Notes under the pieces: model-generated
Seen by the model: only the letters and a program-made list of their open reading frames with translations
Told to the model about the DNA's origin: nothing
Databases searched by the model: none
DNA from: a virus
Direction: 5' to 3' (one strand)
Length of the DNA: 64,000 nucleotides
IMG/VR virus record: IMGVR_UViG_3300043420_001819
Location: 19,428-83,427 of that record
Made by a program: the position numbers and the translations under genes
Shown: in pieces, positions 8,837 to 18,758 of the stretch
How positions within the stretch are numbered: position 1 is the first letter of the stretch
How the letters are laid out: each line of letters opens with the position of its first letter

Positions 8837-9303
8837 GGCATCATCTCAAAATGTGGTGTGTCAATAAAAGGTCTTTTACCTTCTTTTCTGCGTATATCTA
8901 TATATGCGTTCTGTGCTTCGAGCATTGTACCATCCCATTTAGAGATGTCATTTGTAGTCCAAGCACCACCCCACCTAACAGATACTCCAAGCTCTTTAGC
9001 GGCCTGTTTAAAAGCATCCGCAATGTCATCGTAGAGATTTACTTCCCATGAAACTCTTGAACCTATATATGCTACAACATCAACTGCATGTGAATACCCA
9101 TCACTTTGGATGATGTGTTTTGAATTCATGGTTTGAGAAGCACCCTTTGCTACAAGTTGTTTCTGCTCTTCCATAGTTCTTACACTTGGTAGAACACCAA
9201 AATCTATCTTTGTTATTTCAATCGCACGTTTGACCACTTTTACTAAATCTGGATGAACTCCCTCCAGTCTTTCAAGTGACCTTTTTGATAAGCTAAAACT
9301 CAT
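8833..9303 (-). CDS. Endolysin, L-Ala-D-Glu peptidase (M15, T5-like)
   Basis: LSKRS..L.GVHPDL, SKH...HAVD, WGG.W, DTPHFE. Confidence 0.92.
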   Translation of the reverse strand: MSFSLSKRSLERLEGVHPDLVKVVKRAIEITKIDFGVLPSVRTMEEQKQLVAKGASQTMNSKHIIQSDGYSHAVDVVAYIGSRVSWEVNLYDDIADAFKQAAKELGVSVRWGGAWTTNDISKWDGTMLEAQNAYIDIRRKEGKRPFIDTPHFEMMP

Positions 9304-9312
9304 AATGTTCCT

Positions 9313-9828
9313 TTACACTGGTTTGCTATTAGCCAGTGCTACTGTCTTTTCTTTTGAACCAGCACTTGAACCAAAAAAGAAATTCATAATTTGTAGTACA
9401 CCAGCAGATAACATTCCTAGTAGATACATAGCAGGTTGCATCATAGTTTCTAGAACTGTTCCACCACTAAACACTTTAAATAAGATAACTGAAAATGCTG
9501 TTATAAATATGCTAGATAGTATTACCTGTGGGAGTAAAGTAGTTTTTATGGCTAGGTTTCTTGCAGAATCTCTGTCTGCTACGTGAATTTTTTCCAAATC
9601 AACTTCAGCAGATTTCATAGCTTTTTTAAATTCTAGGTCTGCTTCTTTAATTTTTAGAAGTATAGACGGGTCATTAGAAGCAATTACATTACTAACGGCA
9701 TCTTCTGTTGATTCAACTCCAAGAGCTTTTGCAAGTGTTGTTACTGCCATACCAGCTAATGGCCCACCAAGTGCTGTAGCAATTCCTGGTGCTACAGTTC
9801 CTACCACACTTTTCCAATCAAAACTCAT
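9313..9828 (-). CDS. Holin-like membrane protein
   Basis: N-terminal APGIATALGGPLAG, two C-terminal TM helices, FFFGSS motif; next to endolysin. Confidence 0.7.
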   Translation of the reverse strand: MSFDWKSVVGTVAPGIATALGGPLAGMAVTTLAKALGVESTEDAVSNVIASNDPSILLKIKEADLEFKKAMKSAEVDLEKIHVADRDSARNLAIKTTLLPQVILSSIFITAFSVILFKVFSGGTVLETMMQPAMYLLGMLSAGVLQIMNFFFGSSAGSKEKTVALANSKPV

Positions 9829-9858
9829 ATTAATTCTCCTAACACTTTTTAGTACTTA

Positions 9859-10182
9859 CTAGTTTTTTGTTTTGTAAACCTGCTCTATGAAGTTTAAAAT
9901 CTTTCCCTGACCCACTTCCAAACTATCAAATCTTCCATCGATATGTTTTTCAAATTGTCTGAATAATTCTTTAGATACATACTTTTCATCAACATCTTTA
10001 GATGTCATTGCTAATTCTGATTTAGTGTTTAGTTTAACAATGTCATCACCATGTGAATCAAGTCTTTTAAAAATTACTTCTTGATTTCTTTTTAGTTCAC
10101 CAACCATATACTTCATTAACGCAAATGAAGCTACAACCCCTGATGATGCTGTAAATACTGTTAATAACCACGATTCAACCAT
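9859..10182 (-). CDS. Membrane-anchored protein of the lysis module
   Basis: N-terminal hydrophobic helix then coiled coil; preceded by ACGATTAT motif. Confidence 0.55.
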   Translation of the reverse strand: MVESWLLTVFTASSGVVASFALMKYMVGELKRNQEVIFKRLDSHGDDIVKLNTKSELAMTSKDVDEKYVSKELFRQFEKHIDGRFDSLEVGQGKILNFIEQVYKTKN

Positions 10183-10213
10183 TATACTTTCCTAAGTTTT
10201 ATTTTCTAAACTT

Positions 10214-10221
10214 ATAATCGT
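10214..10221 (-). promoter_or_regulatory. ACGATWAT putative late promoter (lysis genes)
   Basis: ACGATTAT on minus strand ~30 bp upstream of 10182. Confidence 0.6.
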
Positions 10222-10246
10222 ATGTTGTTAGTTGATATGAGCGTTG

Positions 10247-10525
10247 CTAAGTGACCAGCTCACTTTTTACAAACTCGTCTACAGGTGGAATCTTTCCTGC
10301 GTGTGTAATATTCCCCCAAAAAAACGGATTAGTACTTTCTCCTATCCCTACAATTGGTATTTTTGGGTCATTCGTTGCTACTACATTCGCAACTGCTTCT
10401 TCCGTTGCTTCAACACCAAGTGCTTTTGCTAATGTTGAAACTGCCATACCTGCTAAAGGACCGCCTAATGCGGTCGCAATACCAGGTGCTACTGTACCTA
10501 CTACACTTTTCCAATCAAATAACAT
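10247..10525 (-). pseudogene. Truncated/chimeric duplicate of the holin-like gene
   Basis: First ~55 aa nearly identical to 9313..9828 protein; C-terminus unrelated, TM helices missing. Confidence 0.65.
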
Positions 10526-10584
10526 CTATTTTCCTTTACATTTATTATTTATTACATTGCTTCGGGTAATGGTACTTTTCTATT

Positions 10585-11733
10585 TTATACTTCTAAATCT
10601 AAAATATGATTTTGTTCAGGTGTTTCATAGATATACGCTGCACCCGCATAAGCACCATTACTAGCGTCACCATCATTATCTTCTTCAGGTGAACCAATAA
10701 CAATTCTTCCTGAACCTATTGATATTGATGCACCATATATTAATGCACCATATCCAGACACTGAATTTAATGTTGTTAATAGATTTCCATCTAGGTCATA
10801 TACATAAACAGATGAAATTCCATCACCTAATAATAATCTACCATCACCAACAGCAACACTACCTGTGGATAGACTGGTGCTTGGTTTTTTTAGATTTCCA
10901 TTTAAATCAAATATTGTAAACGTATTAAAACCACAAACTACAATTCTTCCTTGTCCAACTACCACTTGGTTACCGAAGTTATTATTATTTTGAAGAATAT
11001 TATTATATTTTTTAGTGATTAAATTTCCATTTAAGTCATAAATATATATTGCTCCACAATTTGTATAACCTTCTGAAATATTGTCAGATTGATATGCACC
11101 AATAACAATCCTTCCTGAACCTACTGCCACTGAATTACCATAATAACTATTATATGCTCCATCATAAGCAGTTAATTTAGTGATTAGATTACCGTCTAAA
11201 TCATATACATAAGCAGAACCTGAATCAGTACCTTTATCATTATCATTCTGTGCCCCAATGACAATTCTACCGTTACCCACTGAAACTGAATAACCATAGT
11301 AATCAAAAACATCCCTATCATAAGCAGTTAATTTGGTTAATAAATTTCCATCTAGGTCATATACATAAACAGAACCTGCAGAATCATCATCTTGATATGA
11401 TCCAACAACTATTCTACCTGAACCAACTGCTACTGAAGCACCATAAAAATCATAATATGCTCCATCATACGGTATTAATTTAGCAATTAAATTTCCATCT
11501 AGGTCATATACATAAGCAGAACCTGACCAAAGTCCATCAGAATAGTCAAAGAATGCTCCAACCACAATTCTACCTGAACCAACTGCTATGGAAGAACCAT
11601 AAAAAAAATCACCTCCAGCATCATACGCTACAATTCTATTTTCATTACTCGGTAAAGTAGTCGCATCATAAGCAGTTTGACCTATAAATTGTTTATCACC
11701 TTCTATATAAGATTTCGGTGTTATTAATGCCAT
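10585..11733 (-). CDS. FG-GAP repeat beta-propeller protein 3 (4 canonical plus 3 degenerate blades)
   Basis: Repeats YG.SV.VG.GRIV.G...D....GSAYVYDLDGNL. Confidence 0.88.
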   Translation of the reverse strand: MALITPKSYIEGDKQFIGQTAYDATTLPSNENRIVAYDAGGDFFYGSSIAVGSGRIVVGAFFDYSDGLWSGSAYVYDLDGNLIAKLIPYDGAYYDFYGASVAVGSGRIVVGSYQDDDSAGSVYVYDLDGNLLTKLTAYDRDVFDYYGYSVSVGNGRIVIGAQNDNDKGTDSGSAYVYDLDGNLITKLTAYDGAYNSYYGNSVAVGSGRIVIGAYQSDNISEGYTNCGAIYIYDLNGNLITKKYNNILQNNNNFGNQVVVGQGRIVVCGFNTFTIFDLNGNLKKPSTSLSTGSVAVGDGRLLLGDGISSVYVYDLDGNLLTTLNSVSGYGALIYGASISIGSGRIVIGSPEEDNDGDASNGAYAGAAYIYETPEQNHILDLEV

Positions 11734-11734
11734 A

Positions 11735-12331
11735 TTAAACTCCTACAGAATCAATTAAATCCCAAGTGGTATTATCCTCAAAATCAATTCCATTTAAAGC
11801 ACTTCTACTCTTCTGATACTGTCCAAGTAAAACACCATAAGCATCATCATAAGATGCTACATTTTCCATTACTTTTGTTACTAATTCTTCTATTGTAATA
11901 CCACGACCTTCTGCAATTTTAGTTAATAAAGGTGTATCAATTGTATTATCATTTGTAAAATCAATTGCTTCTTTTCTTTGTATTGCCCAAGATTTAACTT
12001 CGTCTTCCAAATAATCACTTTGAAGTTGTTTAACAGAACCTTCAAATTTATCTTTGATTTGTCTTGTTTTTACCTTCACCATATCTTTAAGAACTTTTAA
12101 AGCATCTTCATCAGAAGTAAATCTTTCTTTCACTTCAAAATTAGCAATGTAAGAACCATCAATATTATCTACCGTAGTAAAAGTCGCAATTTGTCTCCAA
12201 GTTACTGTCGGTCTATTCGATATTGTATCAACCTCAACCGCATCTTCAGGAATTTCTTGGTTTAGTCTATCATCAAATCTATAAGGAAAATTTAAAACAT
12301 TTCCCTCTGTATCTATTTGTGCATATGTCAT
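11735..12331 (-). CDS. Tail fibre assembly/chaperone-like protein
   Basis: E..SW..Q..EA, TPLL..IA..RGI...EL..KV pattern typical of phage fibre-associated proteins. Confidence 0.6.
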   Translation of the reverse strand: MTYAQIDTEGNVLNFPYRFDDRLNQEIPEDAVEVDTISNRPTVTWRQIATFTTVDNIDGSYIANFEVKERFTSDEDALKVLKDMVKVKTRQIKDKFEGSVKQLQSDYLEDEVKSWAIQRKEAIDFTNDNTIDTPLLTKIAEGRGITIEELVTKVMENVASYDDAYGVLLGQYQKSRSALNGIDFEDNTTWDLIDSVGV

Positions 12332-12351
12332 ATATTATCCTTTTTTATTAT

Positions 12352-13566
12352 TTATTTACAAATAATTCTTTCAAAATGTGTATCGTAAGTTTCAGGTAAT
12401 TCGTAGATGTATGCTGACCCTGAATTAGAACCTAAATCATCATCACTATATACCCCAATAACAATTCTACCTGAACCAACTGAAGCTGAACCACCATAAT
12501 AATCATTAAGTGCTCCATCATAAGCAGTTAGTTTAGTTATTAGATTTCCATCTAGGTCATAAACATATGTTGACCCTGAATTAGAACCTAAATCATCATC
12601 TTGATATGCTCCAATAACAATTCTGCCTGAACCTACTGATACTAAAAACCCATACCGATCATCATCTGCTCCATCAAAAGCAGTTAGTTTAGTGATTAAA
12701 TTACCATCTAAATCATAAACATAAGCAGAACCTGAATCTGTACCTTTATCATCATCACGCCATGCTCCAATAACAATTCTACCTGAACCAACTGCTACTG
12801 AAGCACCATAATAATCATCAACTGCTCCATCATAAGCAGTTAATTTGGTAATTAGATTGCCATCAAGGTCATATACATATGCTGACCCTGAATTAGAACC
12901 TAAATCATCATCTAGATATGACCCAATAACAATTCTACCTGACCCTACTGCTACTGAATAACCATAATAATCAGCAGATGCTCCATCAAAAGCAGTTAAT
13001 TTAGTTATTAGATTACCATCTAAGTCATAAACGTATGCTGAACCTGAATCAAAACCTTTATCGTCATCATAATATGATCCAATAACAATTCTACCTGAAC
13101 CCACTGCTACTGAACGACCATAATAATCAGAAGCTGCCCTATCATAAGCAGTTAATTTAGTTATTAGATTACCATCAAGGTCATAAACATATGCTGAACC
13201 TAAATAATTATCATCACGATATGCTCCAATTACAATTCTATTTGAACCCACTGCTACTGAACGACCATGATAATCATAACCAGCTCCATCATAAGCAGTT
13301 AGTTTAGTGATTAAATTACCATCAAGGTCATATACATATACTGAACCTTTAAAACCATCATCTCCGTATGCTCCAATAACAATTCTACCTGACCCTACTG
13401 CTACTGAATAACCATAATAATCAGAAGCAGCTCCATCATAAGCAGTTAATTTAGTCACACTTCCAAGAATATCCGTAACTTCATCAAAACTACTATGTAA
13501 CAACCCACCATCATTGATTATTTTAAAACCACTTGAATCTATAAATGCCATTAATGTCTCTCCCAA
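12352..13566 (-). CDS. FG-GAP repeat beta-propeller protein 2 (7 blades; likely start ~13551)
   Basis: Seven ~50-aa repeats with near-invariant scaffold. Confidence 0.9.
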   Translation of the reverse strand: MGETLMAFIDSSGFKIINDGGLLHSSFDEVTDILGSVTKLTAYDGAASDYYGYSVAVGSGRIVIGAYGDDGFKGSVYVYDLDGNLITKLTAYDGAGYDYHGRSVAVGSNRIVIGAYRDDNYLGSAYVYDLDGNLITKLTAYDRAASDYYGRSVAVGSGRIVIGSYYDDDKGFDSGSAYVYDLDGNLITKLTAFDGASADYYGYSVAVGSGRIVIGSYLDDDLGSNSGSAYVYDLDGNLITKLTAYDGAVDDYYGASVAVGSGRIVIGAWRDDDKGTDSGSAYVYDLDGNLITKLTAFDGADDDRYGFLVSVGSGRIVIGAYQDDDLGSNSGSTYVYDLDGNLITKLTAYDGALNDYYGGSASVGSGRIVIGVYSDDDLGSNSGSAYIYELPETYDTHFERIICK

Positions 13567-14753
13567 TCTTGTAAATCATACGGTGTTATACATGCTGAAG
13601 GTGTTTCGTAGACGTATGCCGAACCTCTATTATTATCTTGATATGCTCCAATAACAATTCTACCTGAACCAACTGAAACTGAACGACCATATTGGTCATT
13701 AGCTGCTCCATCTGTACCAGCAGTTAATTTGGTTATTAAATTACCATCAAGGTCATAAACATATACTGAACCTGAATTATCACCATCATCATCATCTTGA
13801 ATTGCTCCAATAACTATTCTACCTGAACCCACTGAAACTGAATAACCATAATTATCACTAGCTGCCCCATCTGTACCAGCAGTTAGTTTAGTTATTAGAT
13901 TTCCATCTAGGTCATAAACATAAGCAGAACCTGAATCAGTATTACCATTGTCATCATCTCCATATGCTCCAATAACAATTCTACCTGAACCTACTGATAC
14001 TGAAGTACCATAAAAATCATAAGCTCCTCCATCATAGGCAGTTAGTTTAGTGATTAGATTTCCATCTAAGTCATAAACATAAGCAGAACCTGAAGCATCA
14101 CCATTATCACCATCATAAGATGACCCAATAACAATTCTACCTGAACCTACTGATACTGAAGTACCATAAGCATCATTTTCTGCTCCATCATAAGCAGTTA
14201 GTTTGGTTATTAAATTACCATCTAAATCATAAACATATGCTGAACCTTTAGCAATTTCATCACTATATGCTCCAATTATAATTCTACCTGACCCCACAGA
14301 AACTGAATTACCATAAGTATCATATTCTGCTGCATCAAAAGCAGTTAGTTTAGTTATTAGATTACCATCTAAATCATAAACATAAGCAGAACCTTGATAA
14401 GGAATTCCATCATCATCATAATATGCTCCAATAACTATTCTACCTGAACCAACTGATACTGAATTGCCATACCTATCAAGAGTGTCCCTATCATAAGCAG
14501 TTAGTTTAGTGATTAAATTACCATCCAAGTCATATACATATGCTGAACCTCTACTAATATCATCTGTATATGACCCAATAACAATTCTACCTGAACCCAC
14601 TGAACCTGAATTACCATATCTATCAGCATTTGCTCCATCATAAGCAGTTAGTTTATTCACATTACTAGGTAAAGTAGTTATCTCTCCACTTCCATACAAA
14701 TAAGGAATACCATCAATAGTAGTTACTGCTTTGCCTTTACTCATAAACGACAT
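13551..14753 (-). CDS. FG-GAP repeat beta-propeller protein 1 (7 blades)
   Basis: Seven ~50-aa repeats with near-invariant scaffold. Confidence 0.9.
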   Translation of the reverse strand: MSFMSKGKAVTTIDGIPYLYGSGEITTLPSNVNKLTAYDGANADRYGNSGSVGSGRIVIGSYTDDISRGSAYVYDLDGNLITKLTAYDRDTLDRYGNSVSVGSGRIVIGAYYDDDGIPYQGSAYVYDLDGNLITKLTAFDAAEYDTYGNSVSVGSGRIIIGAYSDEIAKGSAYVYDLDGNLITKLTAYDGAENDAYGTSVSVGSGRIVIGSSYDGDNGDASGSAYVYDLDGNLITKLTAYDGGAYDFYGTSVSVGSGRIVIGAYGDDDNGNTDSGSAYVYDLDGNLITKLTAGTDGAASDNYGYSVSVGSGRIVIGAIQDDDDGDNSGSVYVYDLDGNLITKLTAGTDGAANDQYGRSVSVGSGRIVIGAYQDNNRGSAYVYETPSACITPYDLQDWERH

Positions 14754-14762
14754 AATAACTCC

Positions 14763-15146
14763 TTATTGAATTTCTTCTAAAGAAAATTTGAACTTTTTCC
14801 CATTTTTATTGTTAATGATGTAAAGATTTTCTTCACCCTCTTGAATAGTCCAATCACCTTTAGTACCGTCAATATCATTGCCTTGTTCTTTATAATCGTT
14901 ACTAAGATGTAAGTCTCCAGTATAGATGTTTTGCCAAACATAAGTTGGAGACCCAATATCGTATGTATCAGTAGTAGAAGGAATAATATCTTGAGCAACA
15001 GCAGATAAATCCACACCACCAGCACCGCCTGAAGACACTACCCAAGATGACCCATTCCAAGCATATGTTATATTGTTAGCGGTATATGTATATGAACCAT
15101 CTATAGGTGTATTTTCATCTGTTGGTAGGAAATTTAAAGCTGCCAT
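14763..15146 (-). CDS. Small fibre-associated/adapter protein
   Basis: TYDIGSP..W.NIYTGDLHLSN...G.WTIQEGEENL pattern seen in phage fibre proteins. Confidence 0.55.
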   Translation of the reverse strand: MAALNFLPTDENTPIDGSYTYTANNITYAWNGSSWVVSSGGAGGVDLSAVAQDIIPSTTDTYDIGSPTYVWQNIYTGDLHLSNDYKEQGNDIDGTKGDWTIQEGEENLYIINNKNGKKFKFSLEEIQ

Positions 15147-15147
15147 T

Positions 15148-15591
15148 TTATATTACCTCTTCTTCTATTATTTGATTTGGATTTACTGGAAATACTACAT
15201 TATAAGGAAATCCTTCTTGTTGTGGAACATCCCTTAATGCTTGTCTATAAGCTCTTAAAGCACTTGCATCTTGTCTATTATCTTCTGCTCTATTTATAAG
15301 TATATCAGCTTCATCGATGAGATAATCTCTTTCTGTCCGTACTTTATTTGCTTCTTTGTATTCCATTTGTCTATTATAGTTTTCTGTATCATCTATAATA
15401 TTCCATTGTCCATCTTGCCAAGTTATATACTCATATACTTCACAAGTTGGTTTATCTTCTACTTCTACATAACCAGCATCTAAGATTTCTTCAGCAGTAA
15501 ATGTAGTTTTATCTGTTCTTGTTGTACCATCAGAAAGTCTAATTCTATTTGGTAATTCTTTTGGGTATCTACCTTTATAACTATATAACAT
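15148..15591 (-). CDS. Phage tail fibre assembly chaperone
   Basis: C-terminal R.ERD.L...YRQALRDVPQQEGFP motif. Confidence 0.8.
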   Translation of the reverse strand: MLYSYKGRYPKELPNRIRLSDGTTRTDKTTFTAEEILDAGYVEVEDKPTCEVYEYITWQDGQWNIIDDTENYNRQMEYKEANKVRTERDYLIDEADILINRAEDNRQDASALRAYRQALRDVPQQEGFPYNVVFPVNPNQIIEEEVI

Positions 15592-15600
15592 TTTTATTCC

Positions 15601-16197
15601 TTATTCATAATTTAACGTTAGTATATACCTAACTGCATAATCTCCAGATACTCCACTACCATTTGGTCTTATTTGCAAATTAGCAGATGTATCAGATGAA
15701 GTCATATATTGAAGTACATTACCATTAAAAACCTGAGTAAAAGTACCAAACGAGCTCGTACCAGTTTGATTATTAAATAAAACATTACCGTTAAATTTAA
15801 CCTCTATGTGCTCATACCTCATAAATAGAAATGTCGAATCCTTTAGTGCTCCTGCTGCTGATGCTACCAACGTAGCAGAGACAATCGTAGCACCAGTTGG
15901 TATATTAAAATCTAAAGTATATGATGCAGTTGTTGTTCCTGTTGTGTTTACTGTATAGTCCAACACTACACTTCCTGGCTGGATACTATTAACCCATTCA
16001 CCCTTTTTATGAAATTCAGTTGTGCTTCTCAGATTCCAAATTCCAGGTGATGTTGTATAATCAAAGTCTTTTACAGTTGGTTCTTCAGTTTCATATTCTG
16101 GAAATCTTTCATACACTTTATCGGCTATTTCTGTTCTACGAAGTTCTTCTTTAACCCGTTCAAAGTTTATTTTTCTATATGAACCATATCTACTCAT
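15601..16197 (-). CDS. Hypothetical fibre-associated protein
   Basis: PGIWNL motif similar to SGIWKL in neighbour; beta-rich C-terminal domain. Confidence 0.5.
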   Translation of the reverse strand: MSRYGSYRKINFERVKEELRRTEIADKVYERFPEYETEEPTVKDFDYTTSPGIWNLRSTTEFHKKGEWVNSIQPGSVVLDYTVNTTGTTTASYTLDFNIPTGATIVSATLVASAAGALKDSTFLFMRYEHIEVKFNGNVLFNNQTGTSSFGTFTQVFNGNVLQYMTSSDTSANLQIRPNGSGVSGDYAVRYILTLNYE

Positions 16198-16206
16198 TGT
16201 TTATCC

Positions 16207-17838
16207 TTATGATACTTCAATAATAACACCAAATATCGGCTCGTCAGCAATACCTGTCCAAGTGAATGTATTAGTATTTAAAGGAGTGCTTGTAGTTGTA
16301 GCATAAGATAATGTACCACCTCCAGAACCAGGAGTTGTGCCAAAAGCTAATGTATTCTGGTTATCATTAAAATCTGTTGGATAACTACTTATACTAACAA
16401 AATCATCATCAACATAAGCAACAGCAATAAATATTTTATTACCACTTGAAGGTGTTACAGACGGAAGTGTAATACTACTTGCTAACAAAGTTAAATCTGT
16501 TGTAGCATATCCTGTTGCTTGTGTTGCATTTCTGATTATAGTGTTTAAAAATATTCCATTTGTTGTATCACTAGGGTTTACACTTATGGTGCCAGATGAT
16601 ATATCAGATTCTGTTAATATTTTATAGTAAGCAACATTCGTCCAATTACCGTCACCAATATAAGATGTTCCATAAACATCTGTAAATCCAGTTGGTGCAG
16701 GAAAGGTACTTGTATTACCGTCTGCAGAATGTTGTATTATAAGTAAATCCCCAGCGACAGCATTAGCATTTATATTAATACTTGTTGAAGAAGCTACTGA
16801 TTCAATAGATACAATGGTAGGTTTAACTATTTCAATACTATCAATAACACTTGATAATTTCCAAATGCCTGAGTTTTTATAGTTTCCGTATATTGTTGTT
16901 TCAGCTGTTGTGTCACCTAAACCATCAGCAGTGTTTGTGGATGGGAATGCTCTATTACCACCGTAGATAATACGAACAGCACCACCAGCACCAGGACCAT
17001 TTTCATTTGTGTTTTCAGCACCACCACCTCCACCACCGTAGTTACCACCGGTGGAAGGGTTTGAAGTTGAACCAGTGGATGCTGAACCAGCAGACCCCCC
17101 TGAACCTCCTCCACCAGGGCCACCGTTTGCTCCGTTATAAGAACCACCTGAACCTGATGAACCTTCACCTTGAAGACCTACACCACCACCAGCACCAGCG
17201 GCATCAGCACTTCCACCGGCACCACCACCTCCACCACCACCACCGGAACCCGATGAGCCTGATGTATTGATTGGAGCACCATTACCACCATTACCTGAAT
17301 AACCACCAGCACCACCACCACCAGTAGCATCAGTTGTACTGTTACTGTTTAATGCGTTTCCACCATTACCACCACCGTCACCTACATATGAACCTCCTGC
17401 TCTTGTAGATGTAGATCTAGTGACACCACCAGTTCCACCAAAACCAGCAACTGTAGACGTATCTATGAAATATGAATTTCCTCCATTAGGTGCGGAGAGA
17501 CCAGTAGTTGTTGAGTTTAGAACAGCACCACCTGAACCTACAACAACTGTATAAGAGTTTCCCGGTACAACTGGAATATTATTTTTCCATCCGAGACCAC
17601 CCCCGGCACCACCGTTACCACCGGAACCATTTGATGATGTACTACCACCACCTCCACCAACTGCAACAACGCATACTGAATAACAATTGGCAGGTGCGGT
17701 CCATGAGTAAGTGCCAGGTGTAGTATATTGTACTTCACCTCTTGCTACTGTACCTATACCAATATAAGAATACTGCTCTGTACTGGCAAAATCCATTGTT
17801 TGACCAATAATACCGCCATTATCAAAAACTGATTGCAT
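16207..17838 (-). CDS. Glycine-rich adhesin-like virion protein
   Basis: YTTPGTYSW.AP..V.VVAVGGGGG start, long polyglycine segments, GAVRII end; extra C-terminal beta domain. Confidence 0.75.
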   Translation of the reverse strand: MQSVFDNGGIIGQTMDFASTEQYSYIGIGTVARGEVQYTTPGTYSWTAPANCYSVCVVAVGGGGGSTSSNGSGGNGGAGGGLGWKNNIPVVPGNSYTVVVGSGGAVLNSTTTGLSAPNGGNSYFIDTSTVAGFGGTGGVTRSTSTRAGGSYVGDGGGNGGNALNSNSTTDATGGGGAGGYSGNGGNGAPINTSGSSGSGGGGGGGGAGGSADAAGAGGGVGLQGEGSSGSGGSYNGANGGPGGGGSGGSAGSASTGSTSNPSTGGNYGGGGGGAENTNENGPGAGGAVRIIYGGNRAFPSTNTADGLGDTTAETTIYGNYKNSGIWKLSSVIDSIEIVKPTIVSIESVASSTSININANAVAGDLLIIQHSADGNTSTFPAPTGFTDVYGTSYIGDGNWTNVAYYKILTESDISSGTISVNPSDTTNGIFLNTIIRNATQATGYATTDLTLLASSITLPSVTPSSGNKIFIAVAYVDDDFVSISSYPTDFNDNQNTLAFGTTPGSGGGTLSYATTTSTPLNTNTFTWTGIADEPIFGVIIEVS

Positions 17839-17846
17839 AAATTACC

Positions 17847-18209
17847 TTATGAAATTTCTTCGTATGATACAACTGCTTCTAAGTCACCATTTGCACTTGC
17901 AAGAACTCTAATACTATCATTCTCTTCAAGATATACAGAAGTATCTTTACTAATAACAACCAATGAAGCATCTGCTGGAACAGTAACTGTACTTGCAAGT
18001 CTTAATTGTGTTGATTGGTTTTTGTAAATTTCTACAGATACATCACACGTACTTGTACCATCAACATTTGCTATAATTAATGAATTAACTTTAATAATTT
18101 TTCCTGAACCTGAAGTATTTGTTAGTAATGCTGTATTTGTAGTAGTAACAGCTTGTCCTGTTACTTTACCTAAAATGTTAGTTACATTTACTATATTTGG
18201 ATTTGCCAT
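17847..18209 (-). CDS. Small virion structural protein
   Basis: MANPNIVNV..., VPADASLV...YLEEND pattern; fibre cluster context. Confidence 0.55.
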   Translation of the reverse strand: MANPNIVNVTNILGKVTGQAVTTTNTALLTNTSGSGKIIKVNSLIIANVDGTSTCDVSVEIYKNQSTQLRLASTVTVPADASLVVISKDTSVYLEENDSIRVLASANGDLEAVVSYEEIS

Positions 18210-18325
18210 TTATTATCCTTACCAGTCTTTTGTTTTATTTATATATTTATCTACTACTGTCATTATACCATTTTCATCCTGAACTTCTTCTGTTTTTTTG
18301 GTAATAATGTTGCCATTTATTCTTC

Positions 18326-18730
18326 TTATCCGAATACCATAGCCATTGCAATAGCTTTCCCTGTAGTTACAGGTGTAGCCCACTCTGTATCATAATCTGT
18401 TTCACTTGCTTTTGCAAGAACTTGACCTGTTGTTCCCCCAGCAGGTACACCAACACCATCAATTCCATCAATTCCATCTGCACCGTCTATACCGTCTGTA
18501 CCATCAACCCCATTAATAGCAACAAAAGCATCAACCCACTGAGAAGTATCACCATCATTATAATAAACTTTTAATTTACCTTCTTCACTATTCCACCATA
18601 AATCTCCTGCGGATGCAGAAGTTGGAGGGGTTGTATCAATTGTTACGGAAGCGCCGCCTGTAGCAGCAGTAGTTTGTATTGTGTTATCGGGAAATTTTAT
18701 CCCGTGCTTTACCTTAAATTCGTTTGCCAT
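18326..18730 (-). CDS. Fibre-associated protein with short collagen-like repeat
   Basis: GDLWW, (GxD)n triplets, GGTTGQVLAK. Confidence 0.65.
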   Translation of the reverse strand: MANEFKVKHGIKFPDNTIQTTAATGGASVTIDTTPPTSASAGDLWWNSEEGKLKVYYNDGDTSQWVDAFVAINGVDGTDGIDGADGIDGIDGVGVPAGGTTGQVLAKASETDYDTEWATPVTTGKAIAMAMVFG

Positions 18731-18758
18731 GTCGTTTCACTCTCCACGATTAAAATGT

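Noticed and set aside
10585-14753. Diversity-generating retroelement targets
   Set aside because: No reverse transcriptase or non-coding template repeat in the window; variation includes indels and is not adenine-restricted
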